Positions 1 to 6,607 of a stretch of 48,528 nucleotides of DNA are shown piece by piece. The notes under the pieces are model-generated. The model saw only the letters and a program-made list of their open reading frames with translations, searched no databases and had not been told where the DNA came from. Position 1 is the first letter of the stretch. Each line of letters starts with the position of its first letter. A program made the position numbers and the translations under genes. Origin of the DNA: Candidatus Aenigmatarchaeota archaeon. GTDB taxonomy: Archaea; Aenigmatarchaeota; Aenigmatarchaeia; Aenigmatarchaeales; Aenigmatarchaeaceae. Location: contig WVXN01000001.1 in the NCBI GenBank assembly GCA_011773475.1, forward strand, positions 13,699 through 62,226. Direction: 5' to 3'.

Positions 1-201
1 ATTGAAGCTGATGAATTAATGCTTAAATCTATAGGTGATTTCTCCAAACTAACAAATGATTTTAGCATGAACTTTGCAATACCAAGGGGAATTAAGTATA
101 TTCCAAAACCAGTTGTTGAACAAAGAGTTGATAACTCTGTTTCTGATTTAGGAACAAAGATAACCAAACTTAGAGAAGAACTAGATAAAATAAGGATTTA
201 G
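1..201 (+). CDS. C-terminal fragment of an unidentified protein entering from upstream
   Basis: Frame 1 is open from nt 1 to TAG at 199-201. No motif recognised. Confidence 0.3.
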   Translation: MEADELMLKSIGDFSKLTNDFSMNFAIPRGIKYIPKPVVEQRVDNSVSDLGTKITKLREELDKIRI

Positions 202-234
202 TTTTAAATATTCTAAAATAAAAGTTAGATTTAA

Positions 235-320
235 GCAGGGGTAGCCAAGTCTGGTCTAAGGCGTAAGGCTTAGGACCTTATGGGTTAGTCCCTTCGTCGG
301 TTCAAATCCGGCCCCCTGCA
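235..320 (+). tRNA. tRNA-Leu (anticodon UAG), type II with long variable arm
   Basis: Acceptor GCAGGGG/CCCCTGC plus discriminator A. Anticodon stem TAAGG/CCTTA around loop CTTAGGA. Variable arm GGG-ttagt-CCC. T arm GTCGG-TTCAAAT-CCGGC. Confidence 0.9.
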
Positions 321-355
321 CATTACACATTCTTTACAGAGAGAGAACATGATAT
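301..355 (+). repeat. R0, reference copy of the island repeat: tRNA-Leu 3' end (T core TTCAAATCCGGCCCCCTGCA, 301-320) plus purine-rich M motif CAGAGAGAGAACATGATA (337-354)
   Basis: The same arrangement of T core, short spacer and M motif recurs at 1069, 3041 and 3951. Confidence 0.8.
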
Positions 356-382
356 TTAAGTTGAAAGTTCTAAATTGATTGT

Positions 383-1024
383 ATGAATTGGAAACAATTC
401 CTGAAGCCAGACTGGAGAAAGATTATAGTATTTGTGTTATTTTTATTTTACTCTATTTATGCATATTTTTCTGGGTTTCCTGCTCCTGGAGGGTGTGCAA
501 CACCAGGATTCTTAGAAATTTATTCGTTGTTTGCTTTTTTAATAACAGGACGTTTCTTTTTTTATTTTGGTACCTTATTAAATGTTATTTACATTTACCT
601 ACTCTCCTGTCTCATAATCTGGATTTACAGTAATTTTAGAAAAATAAAAAAGATTTATTGGGTTATGATTGTTTTAGTATTCTTAGTTATTCCTTACATC
701 ATATTTTATTTATATTCAATAACTTATTTTAATGAATCTTATTTTGCCTATTATTGTGGCTCTGCACTAAGTTCTGAAATGGCCAAAAGTAAATCTTGCA
801 GTATAGTTATGAAAAATCCTAATGGCTGTATAACTGTAGACCCATCCAGCATAGCTTTTGATGGAACATTATCTGATTTACCGCCATATGATGCTAATGG
901 AGATGGTAAAATAAATTCTTCAGATACTCTACAGTCATTATGTGAAGAATACTTTGGTGTCACAGGAGCGACAGCTGCAGAAAAAGCTTCTAATTGCAGA
1001 AAAGTTTGTGGGTGCACAGAATAA
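383..1024 (+). CDS. Polytopic membrane protein with Cys-rich C-terminal domain (hypothetical; cassette 1)
   Basis: ATG at 383. Several hydrophobic helices in the first ~120 aa. The C-terminal part contains an EF-hand/dockerin-like loop DANGDGKINSSD and multiple Cys. Confidence 0.6.
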   Translation: MNWKQFLKPDWRKIIVFVLFLFYSIYAYFSGFPAPGGCATPGFLEIYSLFAFLITGRFFFYFGTLLNVIYIYLLSCLIIWIYSNFRKIKKIYWVMIVLVFLVIPYIIFYLYSITYFNESYFAYYCGSALSSEMAKSKSCSIVMKNPNGCITVDPSSIAFDGTLSDLPPYDANGDGKINSSDTLQSLCEEYFGVTGATAAEKASNCRKVCGCTE

Positions 1025-1043
1025 ATACTTAATCCTAATTTGA

Positions 1044-1062
1044 GCAGTTAAAATGTAACTGC
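1044..1062 (+). terminator. Hairpin after cassette-1 gene
   Basis: GCAGTTA-aaatg-TAACTGC is a perfect 7-bp stem 20 nt after the stop. No functional proof. Confidence 0.3.
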
Positions 1063-1068
1063 TATGGT

Positions 1069-1119
1069 AAATCCGGCCCCCTGCATTTATTTCACTGGGG
1101 GACGGGACAAAGAATAATT
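1069..1119 (+). repeat. R1: direct repeat of tRNA-Leu 3' end (AAATCCGGCCCCCTGCA, 17/17) plus M-like CTGGGGGACGGGACAAAGAATAA
   Basis: Exact 17-nt GC-rich match to 304-320 in the same orientation as the tRNA. Confidence 0.9.
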
Positions 1120-1746
1120 TTATCTTTTTTGTCCTATAAAATAGAATGTTAAGTGATTACCAATTTCATTAGTATTAAAACCTATACCTTCTTTTAAGAA
1201 TTCAATACCTTCATTTGTCATTACCCTTCGATATTTTTCTATTTGTTTTGAATATTTTGGATTAGATAATAATTTTGGAGTTTTTAATTTTTCATTGCTT
1301 GTTATTGGGGGGTGTAGTGGAGCATCACCTATTAGATATCCGTTTGATTTTAATACTCTTACTGATTCGTTTATTGTCCGCACAACTTCTGAGTTATTTT
1401 CAAAGCAATCTAATAACCAGCCTATTGCAACTATATCAAAACTTTCATTATCAAATGGCAACTTTCTTGCATCTGCACAAATAGATGTTTCAGGTAATAT
1501 ACTGCTCAATTTACCTTTATATTCTAAATCAACTGTAACAATATTTTTTCTAAATTTTTTAGACTCATTGTATGCCTTTTCATCTAATTTTTCTTTAGTT
1601 CTTGCTCTTTTATCATATAAAAACATAAGATAAGCCATGCTAAAAATACAATGTTCACTTGCACCTACATCTAAAAGGGTTTTACTTTCCAAATCAGGTA
1701 TTTCTTTGAAAAAATCTCTACGAGTGTAAGGTTGAATTTTTTCCAT
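1120..1746 (-). CDS. Putative class I SAM-dependent methyltransferase (cassette 2)
   Basis: Degenerate motif I LLDVGASEH. Also VTVDLE, FDIVAIGWLL and VRVLKSNGYLI in the usual order and spacing of Rossmann-fold MTases. Confidence 0.5.
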   Translation of the reverse strand: MEKIQPYTRRDFFKEIPDLESKTLLDVGASEHCIFSMAYLMFLYDKRARTKEKLDEKAYNESKKFRKNIVTVDLEYKGKLSSILPETSICADARKLPFDNESFDIVAIGWLLDCFENNSEVVRTINESVRVLKSNGYLIGDAPLHPPITSNEKLKTPKLLSNPKYSKQIEKYRRVMTNEGIEFLKEGIGFNTNEIGNHLTFYFIGQKR

Positions 1747-1790
1747 ATTTTTTAGTTAAGGATAAATCTTTAAATGTCTATTTAAGTTAA

Positions 1791-1880
1791 GAGGGAAAGA
1801 TGATGAAAGAACGTAAACTGTCTTTTTTCTTCAAATTAAATCCCTTGCACATCTGATGTTCTTCACAGCTGACATGATGA
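1791..1880 (+). repeat. R2: composite M - decayed T core - M repeat
   Basis: GAGGGAAAGATGATGAAAGAACGTAAACTGTCTTTTTTCTTCAAAT (1791-1836) matches 5087-5132 at 40/46. Positions 1830-1849 match the tRNA T core at 14/20 in the same register. A second M-like motif CACAGCTGACATGATGA lies at 1864-1880. Confidence 0.65.
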
Positions 1881-1881
1881 T

Positions 1882-2889
1882 TTATTCAAAATTTAAACTA
1901 TTTATAATGAAATTAAAATCTGGTTTATATTTATCAAATGTAGATGAAGAAGCAAAGCACCTAATGAAAAAAACTGTTTTATCTTTTATCACAATTACTT
2001 GTAGAACATTAGAAACATCTGCATTTTTTAAAATTCCTTCATAAGCTTTATAACCATCTATTGTTTTCTCGCCTTGTGAAATAATTTCATAATTTTTATA
2101 ATTTTGATTTATCATCATGTCAAAATAATTTTTTAGAGTTAAACTAGAGTTTAAAGGACGTGTATCTAAAAGACAGTTAGTAGTTTCATTTTTTACAGGT
2201 CCTTTAATTTCAAGAGATGCTGTATATATGTCTTCTGGAGTGTATGTATTCATTCTTACAAGTGAAAGATTCCAGCCTTCCGGATGCTTAATTGAAAAAT
2301 TTAAGAGTTTATCAAAATATGTATTATCCTTCACTTCTCTTGTTTCAGAAATATTTGTGGAAACTCTTTTACAGTATTCCTTTTCCTCGATATTATTAAG
2401 ACCCTCACATAAACTAGGATCTTTTGTTTGTTTTGCGACATCCAATAAGCAATCACGTTCTGCCATCTCTTTCGTATAGCTCTGATAATAGTTATAACTC
2501 TCTTCCATATTTTTATCACAAGAAGATTTTATATCAATTGAGTAATCCATATACTCTGCTGCCGCACCTGCCTGATTGTAACATTGTCTTTTCAATTCAT
2601 CTAAACTTATCTTTTTCAATGAAGAAATAGAAGAGTAAGTTCTATCAACACAAGAATCGAATGTAGCTTTCTGTTCAGTATTCATTCCTGCCTGATAATT
2701 GGAAGACAAGATATTAGCATCAGAAGTAGTGATAATAAAATTTTGGTAAAATAGATATGTTAAGATGGAGATAATTACTACCAATATAATAATTGCAATA
2801 ATCAATTTTTTATGAGATTTTTTAGGTTTTATAGGCGGTTGTGTGGAAGTCGAACTTGGATCTATGTGTACATATTCTTCTTCTACCAT
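1882..2889 (-). CDS. N-terminally membrane-anchored extracytoplasmic protein (hypothetical; cassette 3)
   Basis: One hydrophobic helix (LIIAIIILVVIISILTYLF) follows a short charged N-terminus. The remainder is hydrophilic with paired Cys. No family recognised. Confidence 0.6.
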   Translation of the reverse strand: MVEEEYVHIDPSSTSTQPPIKPKKSHKKLIIAIIILVVIISILTYLFYQNFIITTSDANILSSNYQAGMNTEQKATFDSCVDRTYSSISSLKKISLDELKRQCYNQAGAAAEYMDYSIDIKSSCDKNMEESYNYYQSYTKEMAERDCLLDVAKQTKDPSLCEGLNNIEEKEYCKRVSTNISETREVKDNTYFDKLLNFSIKHPEGWNLSLVRMNTYTPEDIYTASLEIKGPVKNETTNCLLDTRPLNSSLTLKNYFDMMINQNYKNYEIISQGEKTIDGYKAYEGILKNADVSNVLQVIVIKDKTVFFIRCFASSSTFDKYKPDFNFIINSLNFE

Positions 2890-3029
2890 TTAAACACTAA
2901 TAAGAAATTATAATTTCTGACTTATAATACTCTTGTGTTTAAATTTCTTATCCTATTCAAAATAGTGAAGATGTTTATATCAGAAAATTTCTAATAAATG
3001 ATGGAATATCTGATTAGAAAACCGTAGGT

Positions 3030-3095
3030 TGTCTTTTTTCTTCAAATCCGGCCCCCTGCATTAACCTTATAGTGCGGTGCAGAGAGAAATAAAAT
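3030..3095 (+). repeat. R3: best-preserved repeat, linking both halves (TGTCTTTTTTCTTCAAAT + full T core) plus M motif
   Basis: 3041-3060 is 20/20 identical to tRNA-Leu 301-320. 3030-3047 is 18/18 identical to 1819-1836. GCAGAGAGAAATAAAAT lies at 3079-3095. Confidence 0.95.
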
Positions 3096-3108
3096 TTGAG
3101 ATATTCTT

Positions 3109-3873
3109 TCATTTTATTGTAAATGTTTCATCGGAGGTATCTGTATTAGTATTTACTCCATCGGAAACAATAATTTTAATTTGATAATCATCTGCTGGTT
3201 CATAAGACTCGTGAATAAACCAACTAAATTCAGACTCTTTTAAATTATCAAAAGTTAATGGTATTGCTAATTCAGATTCACGCATTTCTTCAGTAGTATA
3301 AGCTAGAGTATAAAATAATTCATCATCATCTGCATCATAACCTTCCCATTTAATAGTATAAGTTTTACCTCTTTCTAATTCTTCTCCTCCGTTAGGAAAA
3401 ATGATATTGACAGTTGGAACATTTCCACCCATTGATTCACGAATAAGAACCTTATCAAAATGCTTTATTAGTACTTCACTAGTTCCTTTTTTGGCGAGAA
3501 TTTCAAACATGAAAGGAACCCTGTCTGTTGGTACTGTCTCGTATCCTCCCGAACTTTCTATCATATAAAAGAAAGATACTGAAAATTTAAACTCATCCAA
3601 AACATTTCCATCTTTGTCTAAAAGAACTATCGAGTAGTTTCCATAACCTGGAGGAATATTCCCCATTGACGAAGGTTTTCTATCCTTAAAACAATGCCAA
3701 GGTTTATCTGCTACTGCTGAATCGTCTTTAAAAATTGTGCCAGATAAAAGCAACATACAATCTTCAGCTAAAGCCCCCTTTAAACCTTGTTGTTGCCCAC
3801 TTGTAGATGGTTCTTGTAAACATCCTGCTATAATAATTACAAACAAAAGGATGATAACTATAAGCCATTTCAT
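3109..3873 (-). CDS. Secreted lipoprotein-like protein (hypothetical; cassette 4)
   Basis: Signal peptide with lipobox-like IIAGC (MKWLIVIILLFVIIIAGCLQEP). The rest is hydrophilic. Confidence 0.6.
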   Translation of the reverse strand: MKWLIVIILLFVIIIAGCLQEPSTSGQQQGLKGALAEDCMLLLSGTIFKDDSAVADKPWHCFKDRKPSSMGNIPPGYGNYSIVLLDKDGNVLDEFKFSVSFFYMIESSGGYETVPTDRVPFMFEILAKKGTSEVLIKHFDKVLIRESMGGNVPTVNIIFPNGGEELERGKTYTIKWEGYDADDDELFYTLAYTTEEMRESELAIPLTFDNLKESEFSWFIHESYEPADDYQIKIIVSDGVNTNTDTSDETFTIK

Positions 3874-3950
3874 AAAATAATTTAGAAATTCTGACTTATA
3901 ATCTTTACAATCATTTTAATGACGTTGAACCGAACCTAAAGTCTGTAGCA

Positions 3951-3984
3951 GGCCCCCTGCATTCTTATTCACAGAGGGGAACGG
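3951..3984 (+). repeat. R4: truncated T core (GGCCCCCTGCA, 11/11) plus M motif CACAGAGGGGAACGG
   Basis: Exact GC-rich 11-mer equal to 310-320, followed 9 nt later by the purine-rich motif, as after the real tRNA. Confidence 0.8.
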
Positions 3985-4019
3985 TAAAAATTTAAAGTTT
4001 AGAATTTTCATTTTATAAC

Positions 4020-5099
4020 ATGTATGACACAATTGTCGTTGGTGCTGGAATTTCTGGCTTAATGACAGCATTAAGAATTTCTGAAAAAGGATATAAAACA
4101 TTAATTTTAGAAAAAACAAAAGAACTTAGTGCACCTCATCATGGTGCAGAAGCTATGAGTTGTAAAGAATTTGGTACTTTAGATATCATAAAAGATTCTA
4201 TAGTTAGAAAGTTTAACAGAATGGAAAACATATCACCAAATCGAACCCCAATCACTTTTTATGGAGGAAAACATATAGTTGTGAAACGTCCAAAATTAGA
4301 AAAATGTTTATTAGAAGAGGTTCTATCTAATAATGTTGATATAAAATTTTCTGAATCATTTAAAGGAATAAAAAACTCTAGAATTTTAACTGGAAAAAAT
4401 GATTATGAAGCAAATATTGTAGTGGGTGCTGATGGAGCTGTATCTACTGTTAGAAGGTTTTTAGGTATAAAAAAACCTGAGAAGATTATTAAATGTTTTC
4501 AGTATCATTTAATTCCTCCAGAAGATTATGATTTAGAAACTCATCGAGAAATTCTTTCAAACGAATTCTGTAAAGGTCTTTGTGTATGGATTACTCCTAC
4601 AGAAGAATCTGTATGGTTGGGGTTAGGAACTTTAGAAGGTAATCCTAAAGAAAAAATGCATAGTTTTGAAGTTACAAAGGATTTTATTGAAAAATCAAAA
4701 ATATTATCAAATAAATTTGGTTTTATTCCTTATGGCTATTCGGAGTCCTTTGTAAGCGATAATGTTACTCTTGTTGGAGATGCAGCCGGTTGTGTAAATC
4801 CTATAAGTGGAGGTGGACTAAGAAGAGCTGCACATTCTGCTGAATTAGCTTCAAAATATATAATTGAAACTTTAGAAACTAGTTCAAATTGTCTAAAAAA
4901 TTATCAGATAGAATGGGAAAGTATTTATAAAAAAGATTTTGACAGGAAAATAGAACTTAAAGATAGATATATGCGATTATTTGATTCCCAAATTAATAGT
5001 GGTTTTGAACAAATAATTAGTAATGAAATAGATGTTGGAAGCACTGAAGAAATTATGAAAATAATACTACAATTAGAAAATCAAAAGAGGGAAAGATAA
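4020..5099 (+). CDS. FAD-dependent oxidoreductase, geranylgeranyl-reductase-like (divergent second paralogue; cassette 5)
   Basis: Rossmann dinucleotide motif YDTIVVGAGISGLMTALRISEKGYKTLILEK. Also VVGADGAVSTVRR and LVGDAAGCVNPISGGGL. Confidence 0.7.
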   Translation: MYDTIVVGAGISGLMTALRISEKGYKTLILEKTKELSAPHHGAEAMSCKEFGTLDIIKDSIVRKFNRMENISPNRTPITFYGGKHIVVKRPKLEKCLLEEVLSNNVDIKFSESFKGIKNSRILTGKNDYEANIVVGADGAVSTVRRFLGIKKPEKIIKCFQYHLIPPEDYDLETHREILSNEFCKGLCVWITPTEESVWLGLGTLEGNPKEKMHSFEVTKDFIEKSKILSNKFGFIPYGYSESFVSDNVTLVGDAAGCVNPISGGGLRRAAHSAELASKYIIETLETSSNCLKNYQIEWESIYKKDFDRKIELKDRYMRLFDSQINSGFEQIISNEIDVGSTEEIMKIILQLENQKRER

Positions 5100-5144
5100 T
5101 GAAAGAATATAAACTGTCTTTTTTATTAGAATCCCTCTCGAGGC
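5087..5144 (+). repeat. R5: M motif plus decayed T-core-like sequence
   Basis: 5087-5132 matches 1791-1836 at 40/46. It overlaps the last codons and stop of the 4020..5099 CDS. The T-core part (ATTAGAATCCCTCTCGAGGC) is only weakly similar. Confidence 0.6.
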
Positions 5145-5149
5145 TCTTT

Positions 5150-6010
5150 TCATCTTGCAAACGCCAAAAGGAAAGCACCAAGTAACATGACTATTGCTCC
5201 AATAAGAACCTTCATTTTATGTTTTTTCTCCATCACTTCTTTAAAATAAAAAATTCCCCACAAGACCGCTATTAAGAGAGATAACTGTGTCAAAGGAAAT
5301 CCAATAGAAATTCCTAGATTGGCGACAGCAAATAAGGCAGATAAGTTTGCTATAACCCAAAAAATACCAGATAGAAATCCTTTCTTTGCATAATTTGAAA
5401 TATCAAGATTTTTAGAAAAGAATAAAGTCCACCCTGAATAGATCCAACCTGCAATCAATATTCCAAAAGACATAGAAAATAGAAATTGGTCTGGCGTTAA
5501 GTTTGATATTTTAAGTGGAACATATTGACTTCCAAATAAAAGTCCAGCTAATATAGCAACCATTATTCCACTAATTTTATATCGTCCCTTTGAACGTGAT
5601 AGAGATACAAACAGTATTCCAACCATTATTAAAAAAACCCCAAAAACTCCGAAATAGACTGAATTTAAATTTTCTTGAAAGAATAAAATTCCCCAAAGGA
5701 AAGAGACTAGAATTACAAAACTCATCCAGATTGCTGATGCTCTCCCCAAACCGATTTTTTTAACTGCAAGTATGGATATTATATTTCCTGTTGACCATAT
5801 AAGGCCTGAAACTATACCGAAAAGGTTTAAACTTAGAGAATAATTCAAGGTAATTGAAATCAAAAGACTAAAAAGAAAAATTCCATTACACATCAATAAT
5901 TGAAATTGAAATGGATTTAGTTTTTTTATTTTTTTCATAGGGACGAGATAGGTTCCCCAACCCATCGCGGCTATTAATGCAGTTAAAAAACCCAATACAA
6001 CATCAGTCAT
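5150..6010 (-). CDS. 10-TM DMT-superfamily-like transporter (cassette 6)
   Basis: About 10 evenly spaced hydrophobic helices over 286 aa, with a two-halves (5+5) organisation typical of drug/metabolite or sugar-porter DMT proteins. Confidence 0.55.
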   Translation of the reverse strand: MTDVVLGFLTALIAAMGWGTYLVPMKKIKKLNPFQFQLLMCNGIFLFSLLISITLNYSLSLNLFGIVSGLIWSTGNIISILAVKKIGLGRASAIWMSFVILVSFLWGILFFQENLNSVYFGVFGVFLIMVGILFVSLSRSKGRYKISGIMVAILAGLLFGSQYVPLKISNLTPDQFLFSMSFGILIAGWIYSGWTLFFSKNLDISNYAKKGFLSGIFWVIANLSALFAVANLGISIGFPLTQLSLLIAVLWGIFYFKEVMEKKHKMKVLIGAIVMLLGAFLLAFAR

Positions 6011-6061
6011 AAGTTAATAAATACTATATCATATACTTAAAATTGTAGGTGAATCTTCATG

Positions 6062-6078
6062 GAGGGAAAGATGATGAA
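6062..6078 (+). repeat. R6: isolated M motif GAGGGAAAGATGATGAA
   Basis: 17/17 identical to 1791-1807. Confidence 0.45.
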
Positions 6079-6141
6079 TAAGGACTTAAATTTTTAATAG
6101 TTTAAGTTTAATAAATGACTAAAAACCTAGCTGATGGTGCT

Positions 6142-6187
6142 TTAGAATTTATGAACTCATTCTAAGAATTTACTCTCATTTTAGAAT
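6142..6187. promoter_or_regulatory. Three TTAGAAT/ATTCTAA half-sites in alternating orientation upstream of the zinc-finger gene
   Basis: TTAGAAT at 6142-6148, ATTCTAA at 6159-6165, TTAGAAT at 6181-6187. The same half-site forms a palindrome at 27694-27710. Such motifs are frequent by chance in AT-rich DNA. Confidence 0.25.
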
Positions 6188-6244
6188 GAATTTTTTTAGA
6201 AAAAAACCGAAGAGTATAAAAATTTTTTTCTTCATATTTTTATT

Positions 6245-6475
6245 ATGTTTAAAAGGGTAGGCAACTGCATAATCTGTGGTGAAAAAACACAAAGATTCTG
6301 TGATGGTTGTGAGGTTTTTATTTGTGAAACACATTCTTTTAAACCATTTGCTGACAAAGAAATTATTCTTTGTAGAAGTTGTTGGAAAAATAAGAATGAA
6401 ATATTAAATAAAATAAAAGATTCAGCTAGTAGTAAAATTAATTTTTTCGATATTTCGCGTGATCATCCTTTTTAG
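6245..6475 (+). CDS. Small Cys-rich zinc-finger protein (cassette 7)
   Basis: Pattern CxxC-x7-CxxC-x4-CxxH ... CxxC (CIICGEKTQRFCDGCEVFICETH...CRSC), like a cross-brace zinc finger. Confidence 0.55.
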   Translation: MFKRVGNCIICGEKTQRFCDGCEVFICETHSFKPFADKEIILCRSCWKNKNEILNKIKDSASSKINFFDISRDHPF

Positions 6476-6488
6476 GAAGTATTCAGAG

Positions 6489-6573
6489 GGCCGTAGCCGA
6501 GATTCGAACTCGGAACAAGGGCTATCTGCTGTATATCCACAGACCCGTATGTTGCCATTACACCACTACGGCC
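6489..6573 (-). tRNA. tRNA-His (anticodon GUG) with encoded G-1 and a ~13-nt intron at 37/38
   Basis: Reverse complement is G-GCCGTAG...CTACGGC-C (G-1 opposite C73). Loop CTGTGG, then atatacagcagat, then A. 3' anticodon stem GCCCT. 4-nt variable loop. T arm CCGAG-TTCGAAT-CTCGG. Confidence 0.8.
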
Positions 6574-6607
6574 AATTAATTAAATTCTCTGTTTTAAACT
6601 TTTAAAA

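Noticed and set aside
1800-1880. C/D-box sRNA suggested by ATGATGA ... CTGA ... CTGA-c-ATGATGA
   Set aside because: The spacing does not fit archaeal C/D sRNAs, which have ~12-nt guides between C-D' and C'-D. No convincing internal D'/C' boxes exist. ATGATGA and CTGA are frequent by chance in this composition.
1069-3961. The T-core copies as split-tRNA 3' halves (Nanoarchaeum-style) or tRNA pseudogenes
   Set aside because: Only the T loop, the 3' T-stem strand and the 3' acceptor strand are copied. The sequence 5' of each copy (e.g. GTCTTTTTTC) cannot pair with CCGGC to form a T stem. No anticodon-stem 3' strand is present either.
1069-3984. The repeats as classical integron attC sites
   Set aside because: I could not find the imperfect-palindrome R''-L''/L'-R' organisation; only a 4-5 bp C-run/G-run pairing appears in two copies. 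Cassette orientation is mixed and no intI-like gene is visible. I keep only the looser 'integron-like' analogy in the finding.
3916-4119. 67-aa minus-strand track ORF
   Set aside because: It overlaps repeat R4 and the 5' end of the well-supported GGR-like gene (4020..5099). It has an odd composition and no SD.
301-6078. The recurring tRNA-derived repeats as a CRISPR array
   Set aside because: Repeat spacing is 0.8-1.1 kb and irregular, the intervals contain full genes, and the repeats are partly decayed. No cas genes are present. No regularly spaced short repeats occur anywhere in the window.
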